Origin: Ruthenibacterium lactatiformans
Lineage (GTDB): Bacteria > Actinomycetota > Coriobacteriia > Coriobacteriales > QAMH01
Direction of reading: 5' to 3'
DNA: 64,000 nt
Assembly (NCBI GenBank): GCA_963614215.1
Contig: CAVECB010000001.1
Location: 38,604 to 102,603 of the forward strand
Below, piece after piece: positions 9,155 to 23,793 of this stretch. The notes beneath the pieces are model-generated. The model was not told where the DNA came from, ran no database searches, and saw only the letters and a list, made by a program, of their open reading frames with translations. The first letter of the stretch is position 1; each line of letters begins with the position of its first letter. The translations under genes and the position numbers were made by a program.

Positions 9155-9559
9155 TTAGTTGGAGAAGAGCAGGGCCTCCGCGCCGCCCGGCTGCGGGTCG
9201 GCCGTCTCCACCGCGCCGTCTTCAGCGCGGCGATAGGGCAGATACCCGCTCCAGGCGTGCTCCATGCCGCGCTCGGCAAACTCGAAGAGCAGCGCCGCGA
9301 CCCCTGCGTCGGCCTCGTCTTGCTGGACCACGCCATCGTAGAGCAGGGCATAGCGCGTGCACTCCCGCCCCAGCTCGGCGACCTGCGCGCATGCCGCCCT
9401 GTAGCAGCCGTCGGGCGTGTCGTCGGAGAAGAGGTAGAGGCGTTCGCTGCAGTCGGCGGCGAGCATGACGGGCAGGGTGTCGCCCGCCTCCATCATGTCG
9501 ATGGCCGTCTCAATCAAAGCGACCGACAGCCGGTCGAGCTCTTCGGATATCTGCGCCAC
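9155..9559 (-). CDS. hypothetical acidic protein (134 aa)
   Basis: GTG start with GAGGAGG about 10 nt upstream. The composition looks like a real protein and not like the Arg/Ala-rich shadow-ORF type. I recognise no motif. Confidence 0.5.
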   Translation of the reverse strand: MAQISEELDRLSVALIETAIDMMEAGDTLPVMLAADCSERLYLFSDDTPDGCYRAACAQVAELGRECTRYALLYDGVVQQDEADAGVAALLFEFAERGMEHAWSGYLPYRRAEDGAVETADPQPGGAEALLFSN

Positions 9560-9814
9560 GCCCCTCGCGCCTCCTCGTTGTATCTCGTCTTCGCGCTTTT
9601 GCGCCTTCGCGCCCTCTCGCGTTTTCCCGCGTTTTCCCGCGTGCGGCCTTCGCGCGCTTTCGTGCGCCCCTTCACGCGCTCTTGTGCGCCCCGCCTTCGT
9701 GGTGAGTGTCTGATTTTACGCCATGGCGCACCACGCCGCGCACGGCACTCGCCGACGCTCGTGGTATCGTATACGGCTGTTTGTTTTACGAGTGAAAGAG
9801 GAAAACGCGCCACC

Positions 9815-11638
<1,824 letters not shown>

Positions 11639-11726
11639 GGCGACGTAGCAGGCGCCGGGGCGCGGGCAATGCGCTCGCGGCGCGAGTGCTGGGGGCGCGT
11701 GGCGCAAAAAGAAGGAGGCGGCGCAC

Positions 11727-12506
11727 ATGGCAAAAGAGCTTTTGAACCTGCACGAGGCCGAGGTGCGCATAGACGGGCGGACGATTTTGTCCGTGCCAGA
11801 GTTTTCCATCGACGAAGGCGAGCGCTTGGTTGTCTTGGGCCCCAACGGCTCGGGCAAGTCTACGCTCATCAAGATGCTCACGCGCGAGCTGCAGCCCGTG
11901 TGGAAAGAGGAACCGCCGCTGCTGTTCCGTGGCAGCCGCAACACCTCGCTTGAAGAGATAAACCAGGTCATCGGCGTGGTGTCCACGAGCATCGAGGAGC
12001 GCATGGTCGTGCACCGCAGCGCCCTCGACATCGTGCTCGGCGGCTATTTCGGCAGCGTGGGCGTGCCGTTTCGCCGCGCGGTCACGCCCGAGCAGGACAA
12101 GGCCGCCCGCCAGATTTTGCGCGACATGGGACTGGCGAGTTTGGCCACGCGCGACATGAAGACCTTGTCCACCGGCCAGATGCGCCGCGTCTTGATTGCG
12201 CGCGCGCTGGTGAACGGCCCTGAGGTGATCGTTTTCGACGAGCCGTGCACGGGGCTGGATGTGGCGGCGAAATGGGACCTGCGCGAGACGCTGTCGGCGC
12301 TGGGGCGCGCGGGGCGCACGATGATGCTCGTCACGCACGACGTGGCCGACATCGTGCCGGAATTCGACCGCGTCGTCGTCTTGCGCGAGGGCAAGATCAT
12401 CGCCGACGGTCCGAAGAGCGAGGTGCTGACGACATCTATGCTGCGGCGGCTGTTCGGCGTGCCCGTCACGCTTTACGAGACCGAGGGGCGCTACCACCTG
12501 CAATAG
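11727..12506 (+). CDS. ABC-type ATP-binding protein with no adjacent permease
   Basis: Walker A GPNGSGKST, signature LSTGQMRR and Walker B VIVFDEP. GAAGGAGG lies upstream. Confidence 0.8.
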   Translation: MAKELLNLHEAEVRIDGRTILSVPEFSIDEGERLVVLGPNGSGKSTLIKMLTRELQPVWKEEPPLLFRGSRNTSLEEINQVIGVVSTSIEERMVVHRSALDIVLGGYFGSVGVPFRRAVTPEQDKAARQILRDMGLASLATRDMKTLSTGQMRRVLIARALVNGPEVIVFDEPCTGLDVAAKWDLRETLSALGRAGRTMMLVTHDVADIVPEFDRVVVLREGKIIADGPKSEVLTTSMLRRLFGVPVTLYETEGRYHLQ

Positions 12507-12688
12507 GGCGCGTGTGTGCGTGTGCGCATGCGTGCATCCGCCCACGCAGTGTGCCCGCCCATATGTTGAACGCGTGCGAACGTCTTGTTGTCGTGCCGTC
12601 ACCCATCTTTTGCGCACTCGTCTATACTCGTTTACCTATATGCGGTTGACGCGGCTTTCACGACTGCGACGAGAGGAGCCGAGCGCAC

Positions 12689-15181
<2,493 letters not shown>

Positions 15182-15217
15182 CCTCGCGGATTTCACGAGA
15201 AGAAACGAGGTGGGGGC

Positions 15218-16078
15218 ATGGGCGACGAGCTGGACGGGACACGGCGCGGGGCGGATCCGGTGGCAGGACCTGAGGCCCTCACGCCCGAGCAGGTCGAGGA
15301 ATTCCTCGAGGAGATAAACTCCTTTGCCCGCACCTTGGGCACGCATGAGGGGCACGTGTCGGCCCATCCGTCGACGGCCGCCGTTATCGTGGCCGGCGGC
15401 AGCGGCGAGCGTTTCGGCAACCTCGGCGGCAAGCAGCTGTTCGAGCTTTTGGGCAAGCCCATGCTCACGTGGTCGATCGAGGCGTTCGACGCGGTGGCCG
15501 ATGTGGGTCTGATCGTGGTCGTGTGCCCCCAGGATCGTTGCACCGAGTACCGCGAGGCGGCGGTGGACCCCTTCGAATTCGCCACGCCCATCGAGTTCGC
15601 GCCCGCCGGCGAAATTCGCCAGGAGTCGGCCATGAACGGCGTGGACGCGGTGCCGACCGACTACGACGTGATCGCCGTGCACGACGGGGCGCGCCCGCTC
15701 GTCACCGCCGACATAGTCACGCACGCCATCAGCATGTTGAAGGGCAATCTCGACGCCGACGGCATCGTGGTGGGGCATCCGAGCATCGACACCTTGAAGG
15801 TGGTAAACGAACACGCCATCGCCGGCACGCCGGACCGCAGTATGTTTTGGGTGGCGCAGACCCCGCAGGTGTTTCGTAGCGACATTTGCCGCCGCGCGTA
15901 CTCGACGGCCATGTTCGAGGGCTTTGTCGGCACGGACGATTCGTCGCTGGTCGAGCGCATGGGCGGGCACGTGATGATGCTCGACGGCCCGCGCGACAAC
16001 ATCAAGCTGACGGTCCCGGAAGACATAGGACCGGTGGTCGCGGCGCTGGCAAAGCGCGTGGCGGGCGATGACGCATGA
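15218..16078 (+). CDS. ispD: 2-C-methyl-D-erythritol 4-phosphate cytidylyltransferase
   Basis: AAVIVAGGSGERFG...KQLFELLGKPML matches the IspD core. There is an N-terminal extension of about 55 aa, so the start is uncertain. The stop overlaps the ispF ATG (ATGA). Confidence 0.8.
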   Translation: MGDELDGTRRGADPVAGPEALTPEQVEEFLEEINSFARTLGTHEGHVSAHPSTAAVIVAGGSGERFGNLGGKQLFELLGKPMLTWSIEAFDAVADVGLIVVVCPQDRCTEYREAAVDPFEFATPIEFAPAGEIRQESAMNGVDAVPTDYDVIAVHDGARPLVTADIVTHAISMLKGNLDADGIVVGHPSIDTLKVVNEHAIAGTPDRSMFWVAQTPQVFRSDICRRAYSTAMFEGFVGTDDSSLVERMGGHVMMLDGPRDNIKLTVPEDIGPVVAALAKRVAGDDA

Positions 16079-16620
16079 GGGTGGAAGGCGTGCGAGGCAG
16101 CGAGTGCGGAGCCGGGCAGGCGGCCGAGCCTGGCCGGGCGGGCATGCAGCGCATCGGCCTCGGCTTCGACGTGCATGCGTTTGCCGACGGGCGGCGCCTT
16201 GTGCTGGGCGGCGTGGACGTGCCCTTCGAGCGCGGGCTGGACGGCCATTCGGATGCCGACGTGCTCGTGCACGCCGTCATGGACGCGCTGCTGGGTGCGC
16301 TGCGCGAAGGCGACATCGGCAAGCTCTTCCCCGACGACGACCCGGCCTATGCGGGAGCCGACTCCATTGCGTTGCTGGAGCGCGTCGCGGCGCTCGTGCG
16401 CGAGCGGGGCTGGCGCATCGACGACATCGACAGCGTGCTGGCCTTGCAGGCGCCAAAAATCGCGCCTTTTCGCGAGCAGATGCGCGCCAACATCGCGGCT
16501 GCCTGCGGCATCGACGTCGACCAGGTCGGGGTGAAGGCGACGACGACCGAGCACCTGGGCTTCGAGGGGCGCGGCGAGGGCGCGAGCGCCCAGGCCGTGT
16601 GCCTGCTTTCGCGCAAATGA
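16075..16620 (+). CDS. ispF: 2-C-methyl-D-erythritol 2,4-cyclodiphosphate synthase
   Basis: IGLGFDVHAF and GHSDADVLVHAVMDALLGA motifs are present. An alternative start is ATG 16144 (MQRIGLGFD). Confidence 0.88.
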   Translation: MRVEGVRGSECGAGQAAEPGRAGMQRIGLGFDVHAFADGRRLVLGGVDVPFERGLDGHSDADVLVHAVMDALLGALREGDIGKLFPDDDPAYAGADSIALLERVAALVRERGWRIDDIDSVLALQAPKIAPFREQMRANIAAACGIDVDQVGVKATTTEHLGFEGRGEGASAQAVCLLSRK

Positions 16621-16689
16621 TTTAGAATCTGCGACAAGCTGTTCAACGTGAAACATATTCACCGTGAAGGGAAAGGACGGTTCACCCAC

Positions 16690-17817
16690 ATGGAGACCTA
16701 TGACTATCTGATCGTCGGCGCAGGCCTGACGGGCGCCGTGTTCGCACACGAGGCGACCGCGGCCGGCAAACGCTGCCTGGTCATCGACCGGCGCGAGCAT
16801 ATCGCGGGCAACTGCTTCACCAAGAAGGTCAACGGCATCGACGTGCACGAGTACGGCGCGCACATCTTTCATACCTCCGACCGCGCGGTGTGGGATTACG
16901 TGAACCAGTTCACCGAGTTCAACAACTACGTGAACAGCCCGGTGGCCAACTTTCACGGCACCATCTACAACCTGCCTTTCAACATGAACACCTTCGCGCA
17001 GATGTGGGGCATACGTACGCCGGACGAGGCGCGCGAGATCATCGAGCGGCAAAAGGCCGAGGCCGCCATCGACGGCGAGCCGGCCAACCTGGAGGAGCAG
17101 GCGCTGTCGCTGATTGGGCGCGACATCTTCGAGAAGCTCATCCGCGAGTACACGGAAAAGCAGTGGGGGCGGCCGTGCACCGAGCTGCCGGCCAGCATCA
17201 TCAAGCGCCTGCCCGTGCGCTACATCTACGACAACAACTACTTCAACGACCGTTGGCAGGGCATCCCCATGGGCGGCTACACGCGCATGGTCGAGCGCAT
17301 GCTCGAAGGCGTGGAGGTGCGCTGCGGCGTCGAGTACAAGGAGTTTGCCGCGGCTAACCCCGGCGTGGCCAGCCGCGTCGTCTACACCGGGCCCATCGAC
17401 GAGTACTTCGACTTCTCGCTGGGCAACCTGGAGTGGCGGACCGTGCGTTTCGAGACCGAGCTGCTCGAGGGCGTGGCCAACTGGCAGGGCAACGCCGTGG
17501 TGAACTACACGAGCCACGACGAGCCGTTCACGCGCATCATCGAGCACAAGTGGTTCGAGTTCGGCAAGGGCGAGGACGGCGCCGATTTGCCCGACACGGT
17601 GATCAGCCGCGAGTACTCGAGCGCGTGGAAGCCGGGCGACGAGCCGTACTACCCGGTCAACGACGAGAAGAACACGGCCCTGTTCGAGCGCTACCGCGAG
17701 CTGGGCGCCGCCGAGGAGGGCGTGGTCTTTGCCGGGCGCCTGGGCGCGTACAAGTACTATGACATGGCGCCGTGCATTGCGGCAGCCCTGGAGCTGGCGC
17801 ACGCCGAGCTGGGGTAG
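16690..17817 (+). CDS. glf: UDP-galactopyranose mutase
   Basis: METYDYLIVGAGLTGAVFA is an FAD Rossmann motif. The Glf-typical GAHIFHT, FNMNTF and YYPVND are present. ORF trimmed from GTG 16648 to ATG 16690 (GGGAAAGGA upstream). Confidence 0.88.
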   Translation: METYDYLIVGAGLTGAVFAHEATAAGKRCLVIDRREHIAGNCFTKKVNGIDVHEYGAHIFHTSDRAVWDYVNQFTEFNNYVNSPVANFHGTIYNLPFNMNTFAQMWGIRTPDEAREIIERQKAEAAIDGEPANLEEQALSLIGRDIFEKLIREYTEKQWGRPCTELPASIIKRLPVRYIYDNNYFNDRWQGIPMGGYTRMVERMLEGVEVRCGVEYKEFAAANPGVASRVVYTGPIDEYFDFSLGNLEWRTVRFETELLEGVANWQGNAVVNYTSHDEPFTRIIEHKWFEFGKGEDGADLPDTVISREYSSAWKPGDEPYYPVNDEKNTALFERYRELGAAEEGVVFAGRLGAYKYYDMAPCIAAALELAHAELG

Positions 17818-17833
17818 GGCAGCGGCCGCTGCC
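17818..17833. terminator. perfect 16-nt palindrome between convergent glf and the GT2 gene
   Basis: GGCAGCGGCCGCTGCC bridges the two TAG stop codons. It may be a bidirectional hairpin, but there is no U tract. Confidence 0.3.
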
Positions 17834-18768
17834 TAGCGCCGGGCGCGGTCGTGCTCGTAGAGCTCGTAGACGGCCAGCTCGTATTGTTTGCGGGCGGTGC
17901 GCGCCGCCGAGTCCAGAATCAGGCCGCATATCCAGAACAGCACCGTCAGGACCGCGCAGCCCACCGCCGCGATGGCCAGGGGCACATGCGTGATGTAGGA
18001 GGTCTGGGCGAACTCGACGAGCACGGGGATGCCGCATGCCAGCGTGGCCACGAGAAAGATGACGGCGAGTGTGCCGAAAAAGCGCATGGGCTTGTACTCG
18101 CGAAACAACGAGGCGATGGTGCGCAGCACGAGCATGCCGTCGGAGAAGGTGTTCAGCTTTGAGACCGAGCCTTCCGGACGATCGCGGTAGCCGATGGGCA
18201 CCTGCACGACCTTGAAGGCCTTGTCCAGGCAGTGGATGGACATCTCCGTTTCGACCTCGAAGCCCTCCGAGACCACCGGGTAGCTCTTCACGAACACGCG
18301 TGAGAAGGCGCGATACCCCGTCATGATGTCGGTGAGCTGCGCATGGTAGAGGTGGTTGATCAGCCCGCGCACGAGGTTGTTGCCCAGGCCGTGGAAGGCG
18401 CGCTTGTTCTCCTCGCCGTAGGTGCCGTTGGTCAGGCGGTCGCCGATGACCATGTCGGCCTCGCCGGCCTCGACGGGCGCAATCATGGCGTGGACGTCTT
18501 CAGCGGGGTAGGTGTCGTCGCCGTCCACGAGCACGTAGCAGTCGGCCTCGATGTCGCGAAACATCTGGCGCGTGACGTTGCCCTTGCCCTGGCGGCGCTC
18601 GTGGCGCACGATGGCGCCGTGCTCGGCGGCTATCTCGGCCGTGCCGTCGGTGGAGTTGTTGTCGTAGACGTAGACGTCCGCGTCCGGTAGCTCGCGCTTG
18701 AAGTCGTCCACCACCTTCGCGATGGTGACGGACTCGTTGTAGCACGGTATGAGAACTGCAGTCTTCAC
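17833..18768 (-). CDS. family 2 glycosyltransferase with C-terminal TM helices
   Basis: VLIPCYNES...YVYDNNSTDGT...VLVDGDDTY (DxD), followed by hydrophobic C-terminal segments. Confidence 0.85.
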   Translation of the reverse strand: MKTAVLIPCYNESVTIAKVVDDFKRELPDADVYVYDNNSTDGTAEIAAEHGAIVRHERRQGKGNVTRQMFRDIEADCYVLVDGDDTYPAEDVHAMIAPVEAGEADMVIGDRLTNGTYGEENKRAFHGLGNNLVRGLINHLYHAQLTDIMTGYRAFSRVFVKSYPVVSEGFEVETEMSIHCLDKAFKVVQVPIGYRDRPEGSVSKLNTFSDGMLVLRTIASLFREYKPMRFFGTLAVIFLVATLACGIPVLVEFAQTSYITHVPLAIAAVGCAVLTVLFWICGLILDSAARTARKQYELAVYELYEHDRARR

Positions 18769-18960
18769 TTCTACCCCCTGTATGCGCCGATGCGCGTGTG
18801 CGCCGCGCGGTATCTCGGACGCGGCCGCTTCGGCAATGTCGCTGCGATTGTACGCTAAAGTGTGCGCGCGGCGCGTGCACCGTCGGGCGCTTCATCGGGA
18901 ATCTGGAATTTTGCGAAAGCGCCGCTGCCTAGCGATGGGCGGCGCGGAGTGGAGCGTGCG

Positions 18961-21900
18961 CTAGCGTCGGGCGGCGCGCATCTCGGCGACGATGTCGTCG
19001 AGGGGCTCGACGGCCATGTTGGTCGACGGCATGGCCTGCAAGACCTGCTTCCTATAGCCTTTTCTCTGCAGCCGCCCGTCGGCCAGCACGAGAAAGCCGC
19101 TGTCGTCGGAGCGCCGGATCAGCCGGCCGGCCGCCTGCTTCATCTCCACGATTGTCTTGGGCAGCGAGTAGCGCGCCCAAGCGCTTCTGCCTTCGCGTTG
19201 TGTGCGCTCGCAAAGCAGCGGGTTTTTCGCGCTTTCGAAGGGCAGCCTCGGGATGACGACGCAGCGCAGGGTGTCGCCCGGCGCGTCGAAGCCTTCCCAA
19301 AACGCCTTGAGCGCGAACAGCGACAGCTTCTCTTCGGCGATGAAGCGCTCGCGCACCGCGTGCCTGCCCGCTCCCGGCGGCTGCACGGCCAGCTCAAGCC
19401 CCGCGGCTTCGAGGCGCTCGCGCAGCTCGGCCGCATACGACTGCATTTCATTGCGGTTGGTGAACAGCGTGAGCGTCGAGCCGCCCATGGCCACGTGCAC
19501 CTCGTAGAGCAGCTCGACCAGACGCTCGTGATAGCTGGGGTCGTAGGGGTCGGGCATCTCGGCGGGCAGCAGTATGCGCATGTTGTGGTCGAAGTCGTAG
19601 CTTGACTCGATGGTGCGGCACGAGAAACGCTTCTGCTCGATGCGGTCGAGGCCCACCGCGTGCAAAAACGAGGCAAAGGGCGCGTCGCTTTTGCCGGTGG
19701 CGATGGTCGCCGAGGTGAAGATGACGCTGTCGACATTCGGGTAGAGATACTCGGCAAGCGCGGACCCGATGTCGAGGCGCAGCGCCGACAGAGACTCAAT
19801 CACGCGCTCGGGTTTGCGGTGGACATGCGCCGCATAGGCATAGTCCTTGTTCGCACCGTTCTCGTCGCCCAAGACGAGGGCAAGTGCGCTGCGCATTTCG
19901 CCTACCCGGCAGGCGATGCTGCTGACGTCGCCTTGGGTGACGCCGCCCTCGTCGCTGCATTCCTCGAGTGCGGCGACGAGGTCTTTCAGGGCTTTCGCCA
20001 GCCCCTCGAGATTGTCCGCGAGCACGGCTCCTGTCTGCGCGACCGGATCCCAGGCGGCGCTTTGCCGCAGCTCGTCGCTAATCCAGACGTCCACCTCGTA
20101 GTAGCTGCCCGTGTCTTCGACGCACGAGTACAGGTTTTTTACGAAAGAAAAGAAGCTCTCGGCGCTCTTGCGCACGTCCCCGACGCCGCCCTCGACCTTG
20201 GCCGCCGGGGCATAGAGCACGTTCGCTCCGCTTGTGCCGCCTGCCTTCTTCTTCACTTGCGCGAGCAAGCCGCCGTTGCCGTCGATCTGTCGCAGCAGGT
20301 GCTTTAGGTCGCGCACATCGATTTTCGTCGAGAGCTGGGACCTGGCCTCCTCTTCCACGGCGTGCGCCTCGTCGATCACCCAGTGCCGCGTGCCCTTCGG
20401 CAAGATGGCGCCGTCTGTCTCCATATCGCGGAAGAGCAGGGCGTGGTTCGTGACGATGATGTCGGCCTTCTCGGCGTGCGCGCGCGCCCCGTGCAGATAG
20501 CATTGCTTGAAAAAGGGGCATTTTCTTTTCAGGCAGCTCTCGGGCGTGGGCACCACCTCGTCGCGCAGGTCGTAGGGCCAGCGTATGCGCAGCGCCCCGA
20601 GGTCGCCCCAGGTGGTGTGCGCGGTGAAGCCGAGCAGCGTCGCGACAAACTCGATGCCCTCGACGTCGAGGTCGTCGCGCCTGTACAAGGTCTGGAGCTT
20701 GCGCAGGCACAGATAGTGGTCGTAGCCCTTCAGCGAGACGTAGTCCAGCCCGCCGAGCGCGCGCGCCAAATCGGGCAGCTCGTGGTACATGAGCTGGTCG
20801 GTGAGCGCGTTGGTCTTCGTGGCGACGCCGATGTGCACGCCGTTTGCTCGGGCGATGCGGGCGGCCGGCAGCAGATAGGCCATCGACTTGCCCACGCCTG
20901 TGCCCGCCTCCAGCACGCGGCACTCCCCGTCGCGGAAGGCGTCGAGCACTTCGTGAGCCATCTGCAGCTGCGGCTCGCGTGGCTCGAAGCCGGGGTACAT
21001 CGCGCCCGCGACGCCTTGCGCGGAAAAGTCGGCATCCAGTTCCTCGTCGCTGGGAAACGTGAGCTTTACCCCGTCTTCGCGGTCGTTGCCCTCTTTGGGC
21101 ACAAGCCCGATGCGCGCACGGCGCAAAGACCCGAGGCGGAATTTGCCGCCCTCGCCTTCACCCTCGCCGCCTGTGCCGGCGCTTGCCTGCGCCGCATCGT
21201 GAAAGACGGTGCGCAGCGGCCAGGGCGTGTCGGGCGCGATCGAGGCTATGCGCGCGGCCAGCCCGTCTGGTAGAGCGTAGGCGCCCGCGACGAGTATCGG
21301 CCACAGTGCGGCCAGCGCCGCCACGTCGTCGTCTGCACGGTGCGTGGAGGCGTGCACCCCGAAGGCGCGGGAGAGGTCTTCGAGGCGATGCGATTTCAGG
21401 CGCGGCAAGACGATGTTGGACAAGATGAGGCTGTCCAGCCACTCTTCAGAGACGGTGCCCGCCGCAGCGCGGTGCATGATGAAGCCCCGGTCGAAGCTTG
21501 CGTTGTGCGCGACGATGCGCCTGCCGCCCGCGAATTCGGCGAACTGCTCGACGGCAACGCCTGGGTCGGGGGCGCCGGCCACGTCGTTTTCGGTGATGCC
21601 CGTCAGCTCGGAGATGGCCGGCGGGATGGCGCGCCCGGGGTCGACGAAGGTGTCGAAGTGAGCCACGACCTCGTTGCCGCGTACGATGCAGGCCGATATC
21701 TCTATCAGCTCGTCGTGCACGGGATCCAGCCCTGTCGTCTCCGTGTCCATGACGACGAGTTCCTCGTCGATGAGGCGCCCCGTGCCGGCAGCCGCCCGCG
21801 TGGGCAGCGAGCAGTACAGCTCGACGATGTCGGGGTCGGTTCCCGCGACGACGAGGCTTTCGAGCATGGCGCTGTCGAAGGCGCCGCCCTGCGAGGTGCT

Positions 21901-22014
21901 GGCCTGCGAGGCACCGCCCTGCGCGGGGGCGCTGTCCTGTCCGCCCGCCGCGTTGCCTGCAGCAGCCCCGCCCGCACCCGTGTTGCGTGCCGTCGTTTTC
22001 ACCGTGTCGTCCAT
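18961..22014 (-). CDS. dinG: DinG-family ATP-dependent helicase fused to an N-terminal DnaQ-like 3'-5' exonuclease domain
   Basis: Exo I motif VMDTETTGLDP, Walker A EAGTGVGKS, DEAH box VIDEAHAV and a Cys-rich FeS segment (YLCLRK...CLKRKCPFFKQC). 1017 aa. Confidence 0.88.
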   Translation of the reverse strand: MDDTVKTTARNTGAGGAAAGNAAGGQDSAPAQGGASQASTSQGGAFDSAMLESLVVAGTDPDIVELYCSLPTRAAAGTGRLIDEELVVMDTETTGLDPVHDELIEISACIVRGNEVVAHFDTFVDPGRAIPPAISELTGITENDVAGAPDPGVAVEQFAEFAGGRRIVAHNASFDRGFIMHRAAAGTVSEEWLDSLILSNIVLPRLKSHRLEDLSRAFGVHASTHRADDDVAALAALWPILVAGAYALPDGLAARIASIAPDTPWPLRTVFHDAAQASAGTGGEGEGEGGKFRLGSLRRARIGLVPKEGNDREDGVKLTFPSDEELDADFSAQGVAGAMYPGFEPREPQLQMAHEVLDAFRDGECRVLEAGTGVGKSMAYLLPAARIARANGVHIGVATKTNALTDQLMYHELPDLARALGGLDYVSLKGYDHYLCLRKLQTLYRRDDLDVEGIEFVATLLGFTAHTTWGDLGALRIRWPYDLRDEVVPTPESCLKRKCPFFKQCYLHGARAHAEKADIIVTNHALLFRDMETDGAILPKGTRHWVIDEAHAVEEEARSQLSTKIDVRDLKHLLRQIDGNGGLLAQVKKKAGGTSGANVLYAPAAKVEGGVGDVRKSAESFFSFVKNLYSCVEDTGSYYEVDVWISDELRQSAAWDPVAQTGAVLADNLEGLAKALKDLVAALEECSDEGGVTQGDVSSIACRVGEMRSALALVLGDENGANKDYAYAAHVHRKPERVIESLSALRLDIGSALAEYLYPNVDSVIFTSATIATGKSDAPFASFLHAVGLDRIEQKRFSCRTIESSYDFDHNMRILLPAEMPDPYDPSYHERLVELLYEVHVAMGGSTLTLFTNRNEMQSYAAELRERLEAAGLELAVQPPGAGRHAVRERFIAEEKLSLFALKAFWEGFDAPGDTLRCVVIPRLPFESAKNPLLCERTQREGRSAWARYSLPKTIVEMKQAAGRLIRRSDDSGFLVLADGRLQRKGYRKQVLQAMPSTNMAVEPLDDIVAEMRAARR

Positions 22015-22078
22015 GCTCTCGCTTTCCGTTGTCTGCTCCGTCGCGCGAGCGGCCCTCGCGCCGATGCCGCCCGCTTTC

Positions 22079-23623
22079 CTACCTGCTGTTTTCCGCCCGT
22101 GCGCCCTGCGCCTCGAGCATGCGGTTCAGCGCGTTCACGTAGGCCTTCGCGCTAGACACTGTGATGTCGCCGTCGCTGCCGCGCCCGGTGTAGACCTCGC
22201 CGTCGGGCGCCGTGATGCGTATCGTGACCTCGCCGAGCGCATCGATGCCGCGCGTGACGCTTTGCACCGTGTACTCCGTCAGGTCGTTTTCCGCGCGCAC
22301 CACCTTGTTGATGGCCTTGTACATTGCGTCGACCGGACCCGTACCGAACTCGGCGGACGTGGTCTCGACGCCGTAGCGGTCCTTCAGCGTGACCGTGGCC
22401 GTGGGGGTGAGGGGCTGGCCGCAGCTGATCTGGCAGGCCACGAGCGTGTAGATCGCGTGCTCGTTGCGGTCGTGCTCGCCCATCAGGCTGTGCAGATCCT
22501 CGTCGTAGACTTCCTTTTTGCGGTCGGCCACCTCGAGGAATGCCTCGTAGATGCGGTCGAACTGGTCTTCGGGCACCGTGTAGCCGAGGTCTTCGAGGCG
22601 CTTTTTCAGCGCGGCGTGCCCGCTGCGCGCCGAGAGGATGATCTGGCTACCGGCCGCCCCGACGTCTTCAGGGCCGATGATCTCGTAGGTGGAGCGGTTC
22701 TTGATCACACCGTCTTGGTGGATGCCGCTGGAGTGCGAAAACGCGTTTGCCCCGACGATGGCCTTGTTGGCCTGCACAGGCAGCCCCGTGATGCGGCTGA
22801 CCAGGCGGCTCGCGTGGGTGAATTCGGTGGCCTCGATGTCGGTGTGGGCGTCCAGCTCGTCTTCGTGCAGCTTCATCGCCATGACGACTTCCTCCATGGC
22901 GGTGTTGCCCGCGCGCTCGCCCAGGCCGTTTATCGTGCACTCGACCTGCGTCGCGCCGTTCATGACGCCGGCCAGCGACAGCGCCGTGGCCATGCCGAGG
23001 TCGTTGTGGCAGTGCACGCTCACCTTCACGTTCTCGATGCCGTCCACGTGCTCCATCAGGTACTTGATGCGCTGGCCGAACTCCCAGGGCACAGAAAAGC
23101 CCGTCGTATCGGGGATGTTCACCACCGTGGCGCCGGCTTTCACCACCGCCTGGATCATTTTCGCCAGGTCCTCGTAGGGGGCGCGTCCGGCGTCCTCGGC
23201 GTAGAACTCGACGTCTTCGACGTATTTGCGCGCGTGCTTCACGGCCGCCACGCCGCGCTCGGTGGCCTCGTCGAGCGTCATGCCCTTGAACTTGTACTTC
23301 AGGTGCTCGGGGCTGACGCCGATGCCGGTGTGGATACGCGGACGGGCGGCGGCCTGCAGGGCCTCGGCGCACACGTCGATGTCGTGCTCGACAGCGCGGG
23401 TCAAACCGCAGATGATGCAGGCGTCGCCGGCGGTCTTGGCGATGTCTTGGACGCTTTTGAAATCGCCCGGGCTGGACACGGGAAAACCGGCCTCGATTAC
23501 GTCGACGCCCAGGCGCACGAGCTGCTTGGTGATAACGAGCTTTTCCTGCGCGTTCATCGAGGCGCCGGGCGACTGCTCGCCGTCGCGCAAGGTGGTGTCG
23601 AAGATGTCGATTTTGCGGCTCAT
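22079..23623 (-). CDS. leuA: 2-isopropylmalate synthase
   Basis: ORF trimmed to ATG 23621-23623 (MSRKIDIFDTTLRDGEQSPG). The HCHNDLGMA motif is present. GAAAGGA lies upstream. Confidence 0.9.
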   Translation of the reverse strand: MSRKIDIFDTTLRDGEQSPGASMNAQEKLVITKQLVRLGVDVIEAGFPVSSPGDFKSVQDIAKTAGDACIICGLTRAVEHDIDVCAEALQAAARPRIHTGIGVSPEHLKYKFKGMTLDEATERGVAAVKHARKYVEDVEFYAEDAGRAPYEDLAKMIQAVVKAGATVVNIPDTTGFSVPWEFGQRIKYLMEHVDGIENVKVSVHCHNDLGMATALSLAGVMNGATQVECTINGLGERAGNTAMEEVVMAMKLHEDELDAHTDIEATEFTHASRLVSRITGLPVQANKAIVGANAFSHSSGIHQDGVIKNRSTYEIIGPEDVGAAGSQIILSARSGHAALKKRLEDLGYTVPEDQFDRIYEAFLEVADRKKEVYDEDLHSLMGEHDRNEHAIYTLVACQISCGQPLTPTATVTLKDRYGVETTSAEFGTGPVDAMYKAINKVVRAENDLTEYTVQSVTRGIDALGEVTIRITAPDGEVYTGRGSDGDITVSSAKAYVNALNRMLEAQGARAENSR

Positions 23624-23705
23624 GTCAGGCCGGTCCTTTCCGCGCCATGCAGCAGGCGCGCCTTCTCGGGTGAACAAACGCGCACATTCTAGCGCGAAGC
23701 GCGGA

Positions 23706-23748
23706 CACGAAAAGCCGGCGCGAAAAGCCGGGCGAAAAGCCGGCGCGT
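23706..23748 (-). promoter_or_regulatory. three phased GCCGGCTTTTCG repeats between tRNA-Leu(CAG) and leuA
   Basis: On the + strand, CGAAAAGCCGG occurs at 23708, 23721 and 23733. On the - strand these can form two alternative 5-bp GC hairpins, each followed by TTTT. They lie just upstream of a TAGAAT -10-like hexamer (23686-23691, - strand). Confidence 0.3.
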
Positions 23749-23793
23749 CCGATGATGTGGTGGGGAGGAGGCGCCCGATGGGGGCGGAAAAAT

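Noticed and set aside
9560-9814. Short degenerate direct repeats in the typA/hypothetical divergent region (GCGTTTTCCC x2, CCTTCGCGC x3, GTGCGCCCC x2).
   Set aside because: These are low-complexity GC-rich repeats with no phasing or symmetry. They are most simply explained as compositional repetition in a promoter region, which is too weak to interpret.
23624-23793. A T-box or Leu-rich leader peptide attenuator upstream of leuA.
   Set aside because: The interval is too short for a T-box and lacks a specifier/T-box sequence. The only small ORF (MCAFVHPRRRACCMARKGPA) has no Leu codons.
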